From: Bacteroidales bacterium
Lineage (GTDB): Bacteria > Bacteroidota > Bacteroidia > Bacteroidales > UBA10428
DNA: 64,000 nt
Direction: 5' to 3'
Assembly (NCBI GenBank): GCA_016938235.1
Contig: JAFGVA010000068.1
Coordinates: forward strand, 36,096 to 100,095
Below, piece by piece: positions 28,622 through 38,159 of the stretch (the first letter of the stretch is position 1; each line of letters starts with the position of its first letter). The notes below the pieces were generated by a model. The model saw only the letters and a program-made list of their open reading frames with translations, did not search any database and was not told the DNA's origin. Both the position numbers and the translations under genes were made by a program.

Positions 28622-31021
28622 ATGCAGGAGAAAGAATTATACAGGAATATTCTTGAAGAAGAAGAGGGGATTGATATTCGGAAGTGGTTCTATCTCATTC
28701 TTAACAACTGGCTGATTTTTGTTTTTTTTATCGGGGTCAGCCTTTTCGTGGCTTTTACTATTAACAGGTATTCGATTAATCAGTATCAGCTTTCAACAAG
28801 TATTCTGATTAAGGAAAATACCAATCCCCTGGACAAAACAAATCTTGTTAGGGTATCATTAGGGTCAGATCCCTATCGGTTAAAAAACGAAATGGGAATA
28901 CTTACTTCGAATTCTGTAATTAAAAGGACCATAAAGCAGCTCGATTTTTTTACTGAGTATTACCAAAAAAGAGGCTTCGGCTATTTTGAATTATATAATA
29001 ATTGTCCGTTTTCGATTGTTCTTGATTCATCAAGAGCTCAACCCATTAATGTGTCTTTTCAGCTTGAATACCTGACAGACAGCCTCGTTTTCATTGAATC
29101 AGAGGGTGAAGATGTTGCACTTTATGACTATCCAAACTGGGAAATTGAAGCAGTTTTATCGAAATTCAGTTATAAGGATACCAATAAGGTAGGAGAATTC
29201 ATTGAACACAATGATTTTCGGTTTGCCGTTCAGCCTAATTATCTTGGAATACACGAAGGATATAAGGATGAAAGCTACCGTTTTTGTTTTAAAAATTTAA
29301 CGGCACTTGCCCACAGGTATAGTATTGTTGAAGTGGATATTCCAAACAATTCGTCTATCATGACGGTTTCAATGAAGCATACCAATCCGGTTAAATCGGC
29401 CTTATTCATGAACACCTTAATCGATAATTACCTTTTAAAGGGAATCGAAAGAGAAAATGATGTAGCTCAAAGAACAATTGATTTTATAGATTTTCAGTTG
29501 GTAACTCTTGTAGATTCATTAAAGAATTCGGAACAAAAGTTACAGGATTTTCGTTCCTCAAACCAGTTGGTCGATATTGATTACCAGGCACAACAGGCTT
29601 ACACAAGGCAAAATGAGTTGGACAGGCAAAAAGCTGAACAAACTGTTAAAATACGCTATCTCGATTATCTTAAAGAAAACCTGAGCACAAACGAGTTAAA
29701 GTTGCAGGAACTTATAGCTCCTTCAACGATGGGTATTTCAGATGTTGTTCTGAATAACCTTGTTATTGAGTTGGTTGAACTTTATAATGAAAGAACAGAA
29801 TTAACCTTCAATACAAAGAAAAACACTCCTTATATAAATTCTATTGATGCCCGCATTGATGCTTTAAAGGTGAAACTTTCCGAAACTGTTCAGAATATCT
29901 ATGATGCCACCAAGATTTCAATGAGCGAAACGCAATCGCAGCTAAAAACGGTATCAACAACATTATCGAAGCTCCCGATTGAACAAAGAGAACTTCTTAA
30001 GTTTGAGAGGAAGTATCAGTTGAACGACGAACTTTACACATATTTGCTAACCAGACGTTCTGAAATGCAAATAAAAAAAGCCTCAAATCTGCCAACAAAT
30101 GAAATACTTGAAGAAGCTGACCCTGTTGAGGCAGTTCTTGTTTCGCCAAACAAGAAAATGAACTATATTATTGCCTTTGTGCTCGGCTTGTTTATTCCTT
30201 TTATAATAATTTATATCAGAGAGTTGCTCAATAACAGGATACAAAATCCGGAAGACATAAAAGCAATAACAGATATACCGATCATTGCTTCGATTTATGA
30301 GAATGAAAATCATGAGATTCCGGTTAATATAAATGCTGCAAATTCATTAATTGCGGAATCGTTTAGAATACTCAGGGCAAATATGCAATTTGTTCTTGCC
30401 GAAGATTGTAATGCAGTGCTGGTTGTTACTTCTGCCATGCAGGGAGAGGGGAAAAGCTTTTGCGCTATAAACTACGCAGCAGTTCTGGCCTCATATAAAC
30501 GCAAAGTTTGCCTGGTTGATTTGGATTTACGCCGGCCAAAACTTGCCAATTACCTGAAACTCGATTTTGATAAGGGAATGAGCAATTATCTTATAGGAAG
30601 GGAAAAGAAGGAAGACATTATTCACCCGGTTTTCGATGGACTTTTTGATGTTATTGTTTCCGGCCCCATACCTCCTAATCCTTCAGAGCTCATTGCCTCT
30701 GAGCATCTGGAGGGACTTATTAAAGAACTGAAGGAAACTTACGATATTGTAATCATTGATTCGCCGCCAATCGGACTTGTTTCCGACACAACTATTATTG
30801 GTCGTATTGCTAAATACATGCTTCTTGTAGTGCGATATAATGTTACCGGGAAACATATTTTAACTTCGGTGCTGGAAGAGATTCAGCGTTTCAAGAAAAA
30901 AGGCTTGAACCTTATATTTAACGATGTGCCTGTTAAAATAAAGGGTTATTCGAAATATGGCAGCAGATACGGCTATTATTATACCTCGAAAAGGAAGGGC
31001 ATTTTTTCACGACTAAGCTGA
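28622..31021 (+). CDS. Polysaccharide co-polymerase / tyrosine autokinase (Wzc/GumC-like)
   Basis: N-terminal TM helix, long coiled-coil periplasmic region and a second TM helix. Walker A SAMQGEGKSF and IIDSPPIG. Tyr-rich tail YSKYGSRYGYYYTSK. Confidence 0.9.
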   Translation: MQEKELYRNILEEEEGIDIRKWFYLILNNWLIFVFFIGVSLFVAFTINRYSINQYQLSTSILIKENTNPLDKTNLVRVSLGSDPYRLKNEMGILTSNSVIKRTIKQLDFFTEYYQKRGFGYFELYNNCPFSIVLDSSRAQPINVSFQLEYLTDSLVFIESEGEDVALYDYPNWEIEAVLSKFSYKDTNKVGEFIEHNDFRFAVQPNYLGIHEGYKDESYRFCFKNLTALAHRYSIVEVDIPNNSSIMTVSMKHTNPVKSALFMNTLIDNYLLKGIERENDVAQRTIDFIDFQLVTLVDSLKNSEQKLQDFRSSNQLVDIDYQAQQAYTRQNELDRQKAEQTVKIRYLDYLKENLSTNELKLQELIAPSTMGISDVVLNNLVIELVELYNERTELTFNTKKNTPYINSIDARIDALKVKLSETVQNIYDATKISMSETQSQLKTVSTTLSKLPIEQRELLKFERKYQLNDELYTYLLTRRSEMQIKKASNLPTNEILEEADPVEAVLVSPNKKMNYIIAFVLGLFIPFIIIYIRELLNNRIQNPEDIKAITDIPIIASIYENENHEIPVNINAANSLIAESFRILRANMQFVLAEDCNAVLVVTSAMQGEGKSFCAINYAAVLASYKRKVCLVDLDLRRPKLANYLKLDFDKGMSNYLIGREKKEDIIHPVFDGLFDVIVSGPIPPNPSELIASEHLEGLIKELKETYDIVIIDSPPIGLVSDTTIIGRIAKYMLLVVRYNVTGKHILTSVLEEIQRFKKKGLNLIFNDVPVKIKGYSKYGSRYGYYYTSKRKGIFSRLS

Positions 31022-31474
31022 TTGTTGTGAGATTTCCTTGTATTCCGGAATTTCTTTTTGGAATTCAAATGTTTCTGCTTTGTTTTTACTAAGAAAAAAA
31101 TGGCTTAGTCCGTTCGATACAATTAAGTGAGGTGCTTTAATTGTAATGTTATACGCCAATATTTGTTCAAATACTTTTTGTGTAATTTTTACCGAAGGTG
31201 CTTTACATTCAATCAAGACTAATGGGGTTCCCTGTTTTGAATATACCAGCACATCGTATCGCTTCTGAAGCTTATTTAGCTTTAGTCCGGCCTCTAAAGA
31301 AATCATTCCGCCCGGGAAGTTTTTATCTTCAACCAGGTAACGAACAAGATTTTGCCTTACCCATTCTTCGGGTGTCAGAACAAGGAACTTTTTACGTAAT
31401 TCATCAAAGATACATAAACCATCCCCGGTTTTCTTCCACTTGAATTCATATGTTGGCAGGTTAAGTTGCTGCAT
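31013..31474 (-). CDS. Stand-alone type I restriction enzyme HsdR N-terminal (PD-(D/E)xK-like) domain protein
   Basis: 153 aa. E..VRQNLVRYL, then DVLVY..GTPLVLIECKAP, typical of HSDR_N-type small proteins. It is divergent from holA. Confidence 0.7.
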   Translation of the reverse strand: MQQLNLPTYEFKWKKTGDGLCIFDELRKKFLVLTPEEWVRQNLVRYLVEDKNFPGGMISLEAGLKLNKLQKRYDVLVYSKQGTPLVLIECKAPSVKITQKVFEQILAYNITIKAPHLIVSNGLSHFFLSKNKAETFEFQKEIPEYKEISQQSA

Positions 31475-31555
31475 AAGTTTCTATTAGAAATCCCTTCGCT
31501 AATGCGACCGAAAAATACTAATCTTTTTCCTATTTTAGCAGCTTAAGATTTCACG

Positions 31556-32557
31556 ATGACATTTGAAAACATTCTATCTAATCTAAAATCGAAGACTTAT
31601 TCACCCCTATATTTTTTAATGGGCGATGAATCTTATTTTATCGATAAAATTACAGATTACATTGCTAAGAATGTACTGACCGATTCAGAGAAAGATTTTA
31701 ACCAAACCATTCTTTACGGGAAAGACACAGACATTGCTAATGTTATTAATTCGGCAAAAAGATTCCCAATGATGGCCCAAAAACAGGTTGTTATTGTTAA
31801 GGAAGCACAGAACATCAGAAATATCGATAACCTTGTTTATTATGCCCAGAATCCTTTAAAGTCGACTATTCTGGTGATTAATTATAAGTATAAAACACTT
31901 GATAAGCGCAAAAAGCTGTATAAAGAGCTGGAGAAAAACGGTGTTTTATTCGAAGCCAAAAAACTTTACGACGACAAAGTCCCGGATTGGATAACGAAAT
32001 ATCTGGCAGCAAAGGGATACCAGATACAACCAACCGGTGCTTTAATGTTAACCGAGTTTTTGGGAAATGACCTGAACAAAATTGTTATGGAATTAGACAA
32101 ATTGATTCTTGTTATTCCGGCTACCGAAAAACTGATAACTCCGGTTCATATCGAAGAAAATATTGGCATTAGCAAAGATTACAACAACATTGAATTACAA
32201 AAAGCTCTGATTAAGAAAGATCATCTGAAAGCATTCAGAATAGTTGATCACTTCGGGCAAAATCAAAAAGATAACCCACTGGTTGTTACTCTGGCCATGC
32301 TTTATTCTTTTTTTAACAAGGTGTTGGTGTATCATTTCTTACAAGATAAATCAAAACAGGCTGTAGCTGCGGCGCTTAAGATTCATCCGTTTTTTGCACA
32401 GGATTATATTCAGGCTGCAAGAATATTTCCGCCTAAAAAATCGGTTGAGGTAATTTCAGAGTTAAGATCCTGCGATTTAAAGTCGAAAGGGGTAGGGAAT
32501 ATCTCTGCAACTCCGGCAGATTTATTGAAGGAGCTTGTATACAAAATACTTCATTAA
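31556..32557 (+). CDS. holA: DNA polymerase III delta subunit
   Basis: 333 aa. The N-terminus YSPLYFLMGDESYFIDKITDYI..QTILYGKDTD..AKRFPMMAQKQVVIVKEAQ matches the usual Bacteroidota HolA layout. Confidence 0.85.
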   Translation: MTFENILSNLKSKTYSPLYFLMGDESYFIDKITDYIAKNVLTDSEKDFNQTILYGKDTDIANVINSAKRFPMMAQKQVVIVKEAQNIRNIDNLVYYAQNPLKSTILVINYKYKTLDKRKKLYKELEKNGVLFEAKKLYDDKVPDWITKYLAAKGYQIQPTGALMLTEFLGNDLNKIVMELDKLILVIPATEKLITPVHIEENIGISKDYNNIELQKALIKKDHLKAFRIVDHFGQNQKDNPLVVTLAMLYSFFNKVLVYHFLQDKSKQAVAAALKIHPFFAQDYIQAARIFPPKKSVEVISELRSCDLKSKGVGNISATPADLLKELVYKILH

Positions 32558-32587
32558 ATTTTATTTGAAAGATTAAATTTTAAGCAG

Positions 32588-33211
32588 ATGAATGTTACAA
32601 TAGTTATCATAATAGTTACAGCAAGCATTTCAGTATTAGCATTCCAAAACAATAATTTATTTTCCAGGCTACAGTTTAATCCCTACCAGGTGTTTCACCG
32701 GAAAGAATATTATCGTTTGCTTACGCATGGGTTTATTCATGTGGGCTGGTGGCATCTTATTGTGAACATGTTTGTTCTTTTCTTTTTTGGAAGATCGGCA
32801 GAGGCATATCTTGGAGCTCTTGCTCAGGCCGGGTACCTGCAGCATCCGGTTTTAATTTACGTGGTTTTATACATTACTTCCATTGTATTTGCAACATCGA
32901 TAACCTTATTCAGATACAAAGACAATTACCTGTATAACTCGGTAGGTGCTTCAGGAGCTGTTTCGGCGGTTATGTTTTTCAGCATTTTCTTCGATCCCTG
33001 GCAGAAGCTCTATTTGTATGCAGCAATTCCAATTCCGGGAATAATCTTTGCTGTGGCTTATGTTATTTACACGCAGTATATGTCGAAAAAACAAAGCGAC
33101 AATATAAATCACGATGCTCATTTATTGGGAGCTGTTTATGGTTTCCTGTTCCCACTATTTATCGATTTGAGTTTGATTTCTATATTTATTAACAGGCTGA
33201 TCAACTTTTAA
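32588..33211 (+). CDS. Rhomboid-family intramembrane serine protease
   Basis: Six hydrophobic helices. HGFIHVGWWHLIVNM, catalytic GASGAVSAVMF and HDAHLLGAVYG. Confidence 0.88.
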   Translation: MNVTIVIIIVTASISVLAFQNNNLFSRLQFNPYQVFHRKEYYRLLTHGFIHVGWWHLIVNMFVLFFFGRSAEAYLGALAQAGYLQHPVLIYVVLYITSIVFATSITLFRYKDNYLYNSVGASGAVSAVMFFSIFFDPWQKLYLYAAIPIPGIIFAVAYVIYTQYMSKKQSDNINHDAHLLGAVYGFLFPLFIDLSLISIFINRLINF

Positions 33212-33214
33212 TTT

Positions 33215-34069
33215 ATGGCAAAGTATCTCTGCTCTAATGGAGAACTATTTTTAGCATCGGAACCAGTGCTGACCGCAACAAATCGCTCCTTTATTTATGG
33301 CGATGGAGTATTTGAAACTATTCGTTGCAGAAATTCTCTTCCTCTTTTTTTCGAAAAGCATTACCAACGCTTGCGTCGGGCACTTTACCATTTAAAAATA
33401 GACTTTCCTTCGAAATATACCGAAGAATATTTCAGACAGGAGATATACAGACTCTTGCAACGAAACAGAATTTATAACGGAGCAAAAGTCAGGCTGTCGG
33501 TATTCAGAAAAGAAGGAGGCTTATATACACCAAGTCAGGATAAGGCCGATTTCATTATTGTTGCAGATTCGCTTGAATCAGAGTTTTACCAGCTTAACGA
33601 TAAAGGTTTAAAGCTGGGAGTTTATACCGAAAATTTTAAGCAGCAAAGCACGTTTTCTGCATTCAAAACAAACAATGCATTATTAAATGTTTTAGCCGCA
33701 AAATGGAAAAAGGAGAATGGATTCGACGATTGCTTATTGATTAATGCCGAGGGGCATTTGATTGAGTCAAGCTCTTCAAACGTTTTCTTTGTTAAAAACA
33801 ATAAACTGGTTACACCGGCTATTGAAACTGCTTGCGTCGATGGCACTATGCGCAGAAATATTCTGGAAATAGCCATTCAGAATAACATTCCGGTTGTTGA
33901 ATCGGAAAAGATACCCAAAGATATTTTATATCAGGCTGATGAGGTATTTCTGACAAATGCGGTACAGGGTATTGTTTGGGTAGGAGCTTTTGAAGAAAAA
34001 CGATACTTTCATTTTTTAAGCTCAAGGCTGTTAAACTTACTGGTGGAGAAAGCAAAATCTGAAAGATAA
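33215..34069 (+). CDS. Class IV aminotransferase family protein (aminodeoxychorismate lyase-like)
   Basis: FIYGDGVFETIR, FKT.N.L and the ESSSSNVFFVK..L.TP pattern typical of fold-type IV PLP enzymes. Confidence 0.8.
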   Translation: MAKYLCSNGELFLASEPVLTATNRSFIYGDGVFETIRCRNSLPLFFEKHYQRLRRALYHLKIDFPSKYTEEYFRQEIYRLLQRNRIYNGAKVRLSVFRKEGGLYTPSQDKADFIIVADSLESEFYQLNDKGLKLGVYTENFKQQSTFSAFKTNNALLNVLAAKWKKENGFDDCLLINAEGHLIESSSSNVFFVKNNKLVTPAIETACVDGTMRRNILEIAIQNNIPVVESEKIPKDILYQADEVFLTNAVQGIVWVGAFEEKRYFHFLSSRLLNLLVEKAKSER

Positions 34070-34070
34070 C

Positions 34071-34676
34071 TCAGGCTCCGATTTCTAATCCGCACTCTGC
34101 GCATTTAGTGTCATTTGGGGCAACGTTGGCTCCGCATGCCGGACAGGCTCCATTTACATCAACAAGTGCTTCAGATTTATTGTCAAGTATATATCCTTGT
34201 TTTTCAAGTTGTTTTGTTAAATATTGCACTCCTTTTTTATCGTAAATTTCAGAAATCATTTCTATTGCTGTTTTATCAAGTTCTTTTATGAGTTCTGATA
34301 TTTCTACCTGTACTTTCTCAGCGAGTTCATTGTGTTGAGATTCAGATTGCTTCAAACCATTCCTCTTTTCCTGAAACTGTTTTTGTAGTTCTTTTTCCAC
34401 CTGGTTTATTTCGGGTGTTCTTTTGTATCCCAGATATCCCAGTATAAACATTCCTGCACTTGGAGAAATAAAACTTAAGATTGTCCATAGAACATGTTTT
34501 CGGGCTGTTAGTTTTGCCGCTTTTGGTATCCATAACAGCACAAAAATTCTTACAATGAAACCCAGGCCAACAATAATTTCATATTTTCCGAGCAAATACG
34601 ATATAAGATTAATAGCAGTTAGTCCCAGGGCATAGTTTATAAGGACTCTGTTCGGGTTTCTTAGTTTATATAACAT
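34071..34676 (-). CDS. Hypothetical membrane protein with coiled coil and C-terminal zinc ribbon
   Basis: Three hydrophobic helices, a charged helical middle, and C-terminal CPACG..(9)..CAECG. Confidence 0.65.
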   Translation of the reverse strand: MLYKLRNPNRVLINYALGLTAINLISYLLGKYEIIVGLGFIVRIFVLLWIPKAAKLTARKHVLWTILSFISPSAGMFILGYLGYKRTPEINQVEKELQKQFQEKRNGLKQSESQHNELAEKVQVEISELIKELDKTAIEMISEIYDKKGVQYLTKQLEKQGYILDNKSEALVDVNGACPACGANVAPNDTKCAECGLEIGA

Positions 34677-34772
34677 ACTTTTGTAATTCTGGCTAAAGTT
34701 AGCCTTTTAGCCATACTTCCTTTCCAAAACAATTACCAAAATTTATTATTGATTTAACACCGAACTTTCCAG

Positions 34773-35396
34773 TTAATCTTCGTCGTTATCCGGGTTTTTG
34801 ATTTGGCTTACAATAGTTATCATAGTTTTATTATTAACTGTTTTTGCTCTGGAATCAAAACTATCATCATCAATAATATCTATAAAATGTCGTGCCCATT
34901 CTCCATTATTGAGCCTAACAGTCCATTCAAAATAAGAACCTTGCAGCCATTCTCCGTTAACCCACTGTTTTCGTTCCGATAATGCGGCTTTAAACCATTT
35001 ACCATCATGGATTTTTATATCACCTTCATATTGGTCTTCGAACAAACTTTCGTCATAGAGGCCTACTTCGTACCACGGCTTTGTGTTTTTTTCAGGATTT
35101 TGAAAATCAGTATTATCTTCAGGAAAACCCTCTTTGGCTCCTAATTTTTCGATGTAAAAACGACAAACATCGTCGGGTACAGTCTTTACACAATAAACAC
35201 TTACCTGCAGGTTGCTAAGAGATTCTCCCTCATAAATTTCCTGATAATCTTTCAGTGCTAGTTTCTGAGCTTCCATATTTTGCATTGCGCCCGGGAATAA
35301 TGGTATTTCATTTGCTGTGAAAGGAATATTTTGCCCCTTGCACACTAAGCAAAATGTTAGAAATGCGATTAAATTTATATAGGATAAATTCTTCAT
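34773..35396 (-). CDS. Hypothetical secreted protein
   Basis: 207-aa ORF with a signal peptide (LIAFLTFCLVCKGQ). I recognise no motifs. Confidence 0.65.
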   Translation of the reverse strand: MKNLSYINLIAFLTFCLVCKGQNIPFTANEIPLFPGAMQNMEAQKLALKDYQEIYEGESLSNLQVSVYCVKTVPDDVCRFYIEKLGAKEGFPEDNTDFQNPEKNTKPWYEVGLYDESLFEDQYEGDIKIHDGKWFKAALSERKQWVNGEWLQGSYFEWTVRLNNGEWARHFIDIIDDDSFDSRAKTVNNKTMITIVSQIKNPDNDED

Positions 35397-35407
35397 TGTT
35401 CTCGTTT

Positions 35408-36487
35408 TTAAAGTTTTACAAATTCCACTCTTCTGTTTTTTGCTTTTCCCTGGGGAGTAGCATTGTTTTCGATAGGTATGGTTTCACCTTTGCCATCGGT
35501 TTGCATACGTGAAGCATCAATCTGAAACTGGCTGACAAGATAATTTTTCACACTATCTGCCCTGCGTTTTGAGAGGTCGAGGTTTGCAGCATCGTTTCCA
35601 TCGCTGTCGGTGTGCCCGGTAATTTCGATTTTAAGCCCGGGGTTTTCTTTTAATACATTGGCAATCTCTTTAATTGAACCGTACGATTCGGGTTTTACTT
35701 CATCTTTGCCGGAATCAAAATATATTCCATAAGAGATAAGTTTGCCTTCAGTCAATAATTTACTTCGGGTGTCGGGCGAAGCGCTGGTGATTTTTATGTT
35801 GCTAATAAATGGCAAACTTGCACGATCCCAGCCAGAAAATCTGAAACGGTTGAATTTGGTTCCGGCGATAATATTGGTTCCCATATCAACTACCTTTTCT
35901 CCTTTATGATAAATTCGAACCCGGCGGTTTTGTACCCAAATGATAATGTGGTTTACATTTTCTCTATCAACAGTTGCCTTCTTTCCCAGTCCTTCAAGCC
36001 ATTCATCGTTTTCATTATCATATCCCCTGGTCTCCCACGATTCACTGCCGATTATCACATGAAGCCCTTTGGTTCCCGGGAATAGTTCATCATTAAGTTC
36101 TCTGTTTTCTGTTTCCTGATAAAAGGTTAAAATACTTCCATCGGCGTAATCAGCATCGGGGATAAAATCAAACTCCATAATAAAATTAGCTGGAAATTCA
36201 ATCGATTTTGTATAACAATATACAGCGTCTTCGCCATTCATATGAAACCATTTCCCTTCGGCAATGTTAAGGGTTTTAACCTCACCACTTCCGTTACTGA
36301 CCCATAACATTGGTAAATCTCCAATATTATCCTGCGAAAAGTCTTCGTAGAAAAGAACCTGGTCGCCCGGAACAAAATCGTAATTGGAAAAAGACACAAG
36401 CTGAACAGAATTATTTTCCTGGCTGTAAATAGTATTCGATACGAATAAAATACCTATCAATGTAAAGATCAAATACAGAATTTTCAT
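35408..36487 (-). CDS. OmpA-family protein (N-terminal jelly-roll-like domain + OmpA_C)
   Basis: Signal peptide. C-terminal IYFDSGKDEV, ITGHTDSDGNDAANLDLSKRRA, NRRVEFVK. Confidence 0.85.
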   Translation of the reverse strand: MKILYLIFTLIGILFVSNTIYSQENNSVQLVSFSNYDFVPGDQVLFYEDFSQDNIGDLPMLWVSNGSGEVKTLNIAEGKWFHMNGEDAVYCYTKSIEFPANFIMEFDFIPDADYADGSILTFYQETENRELNDELFPGTKGLHVIIGSESWETRGYDNENDEWLEGLGKKATVDRENVNHIIIWVQNRRVRIYHKGEKVVDMGTNIIAGTKFNRFRFSGWDRASLPFISNIKITSASPDTRSKLLTEGKLISYGIYFDSGKDEVKPESYGSIKEIANVLKENPGLKIEITGHTDSDGNDAANLDLSKRRADSVKNYLVSQFQIDASRMQTDGKGETIPIENNATPQGKAKNRRVEFVKL

Positions 36488-36600
36488 GTTGTTTTATTTT
36501 CTTAATATTTGCAATTAATTGTATCAAAAACCGACTATATCTTTGTGTTTTATGGGCATTAATCCTTTGGTATTGTTAAATATTTCATGAAGTATATTCT

Positions 36601-37254
36601 TTAATTTGTTTCGCGGAATGTTATGTTTTCTGGAAGGATAAAAAAAGCCTTATCAACAATGCCTTCATTTATTTCAACAGCTTCCATTAGAACTTTATTT
36701 CCGGCAATATCAGATTCTGATTTCAGGACAATGCCATTCCAGACCCAGATAGTTGATTTGACAGGTTTCTCCATGGTAACTTTTAAGCATTTTCTTCCAA
36801 TGATGTCCTCGTATCCAATTTTGTCTATACCATATCGCTTGATGTCTTTCTCAGAAACCTTTTCGTAATCGGTAACCGTTTGGTAAAATTTACTTTTAGT
36901 GCCTTCGGTTTCATCATAATTCCACAAATACTGAAACCCATCAACTACAATTTTTTTATCGCCTGTTTTCTGCCCTATAATCATCATGTAGTTTTCTTCA
37001 TATTGCCGGTTACCATATTGATCGAAGCACCATTCCCTGGTCAATTGCTGCCCGGCTGCGTTAGATGTAAATTTAAAGTATGCCGATTCTACAGCAAACA
37101 ATTGCCTATTTGAGGCAGTGCTCTCAGGAATTGTATTAAGCTCTTTTGCAGGAGACGCCTCATTTTTGTTTTCAGATGATTCTTTGTTGTTGCTGTTGCA
37201 TGATGAAAGAATGAGAACAAAAAGGCAAATAATTATACTGATGGCTGTTTTCAT
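36601..37254 (-). CDS. Hypothetical lipoprotein
   Basis: Signal peptide with lipobox LILSSC, followed by a Ser/Asn/Glu-rich linker. Confidence 0.65.
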   Translation of the reverse strand: MKTAISIIICLFVLILSSCNSNNKESSENKNEASPAKELNTIPESTASNRQLFAVESAYFKFTSNAAGQQLTREWCFDQYGNRQYEENYMMIIGQKTGDKKIVVDGFQYLWNYDETEGTKSKFYQTVTDYEKVSEKDIKRYGIDKIGYEDIIGRKCLKVTMEKPVKSTIWVWNGIVLKSESDIAGNKVLMEAVEINEGIVDKAFFILPENITFRETN

Positions 37255-37337
37255 GTTTATATTCTTAACAGGTTGAATATAAATTTACTTACGACCAGGA
37301 TTATTTAATTGTAAAAAAACCGCATTTTTCTTTCAAG

Positions 37338-38159
37338 CTACGAAATTGAAATATCGCCTTTAAACATTCCTGAAAGTATTCTGCATAATTCGGTATTGTG
37401 CTGAAAGAATTGCTTTGGTGGCTCTCCGGTAATTTCCTTAAAATCGTTAATAAAATGCGACTGGTCGTAATAATTGCCTTCAAACATCAGTTTTTGAGAT
37501 TTAAAACTTTGGTCGTTAAGCATGTTTTTGAAAATATAATATATTCTTGAAATCCGCATGAGTCTTTTCATGCTCACACCTACCCGTTTGTTAAAATTAC
37601 GTTGCAAACTACTTAATGAATGAAACGAATTTGCGCTGATATTTTGCATGCTGAATTTTAAAATATTGTCAACAATATCATCGTATATTATATCTACAGG
37701 GTCAGGTTTATAAGCTTGAAGCGAATAATTATGGATGAATTCGGAGAAATAAATCATCCTTTCCATGTCAGAGGTGGTTTTATTTAGTCTTTCCCAAAGT
37801 GGAGCAAATATTTTGGCAGGCAGTTCAACCATCATATTCGATTTTTTGACCATATCTAACTTAAAAATTCTGGAAAGTACACTTGCTTTACAAACAACAA
37901 TAAAACCATCTAATTCGCCTTGTATTTGCAATTGATTAGGAATTGATACAACCGGAGCTATAAAGTATGGCTGTAACAACATGTTGACAGGCGTAATAAC
38001 TTTAGGAATGTTTTTAAAATGAAATACAAGGGCAGCATCGGGTCTTGGAATAAATTTATCGGTAAACATCTGCAATGAGTTGTTTTGCCTTATCGTTTCA
38101 AATTGTTTAACAATCCACTGTAGAGAAGCATCCGGTTTATAAAATTTCACTGTTGGCAT
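37338..38159 (-). CDS. AraC-family transcriptional regulator
   Basis: C-terminal double HTH region (SLSSLQRNFNKRVGVSMKRLMRISRI....YYDQSHFINDFKEITGEPPKQF). Confidence 0.8.
   Translation of the reverse strand: MPTVKFYKPDASLQWIVKQFETIRQNNSLQMFTDKFIPRPDAALVFHFKNIPKVITPVNMLLQPYFIAPVVSIPNQLQIQGELDGFIVVCKASVLSRIFKLDMVKKSNMMVELPAKIFAPLWERLNKTTSDMERMIYFSEFIHNYSLQAYKPDPVDIIYDDIVDNILKFSMQNISANSFHSLSSLQRNFNKRVGVSMKRLMRISRIYYIFKNMLNDQSFKSQKLMFEGNYYDQSHFINDFKEITGEPPKQFFQHNTELCRILSGMFKGDISIS

Noticed and set aside
27821-31021. A complete capsule/EPS biosynthesis locus
   Set aside because: Only Wza-like and Wzc-like genes are present. There are no Wzx, Wzy, initiating transferase or sugar-nucleotide genes adjacent, so I do not call it a capsule locus. 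It is reported instead as an orphan export operon.
31013-31474. HsdR N-terminal domain protein as part of a restriction-modification or defence system
   Set aside because: No HsdM, HsdS, helicase or other defence gene is nearby. The 153-aa protein is a stand-alone domain next to holA in a housekeeping context, an arrangement I believe is common in Bacteroidota.
34690-34713. Inverted repeat TGGCTAAA / TTTAGCCA as a terminator between two minus-strand genes
   Set aside because: It is not followed by a T-run on the minus strand and competes with an alternative GGCTAA/TTAGCC pairing. It may be structural, but I could not support a terminator call.
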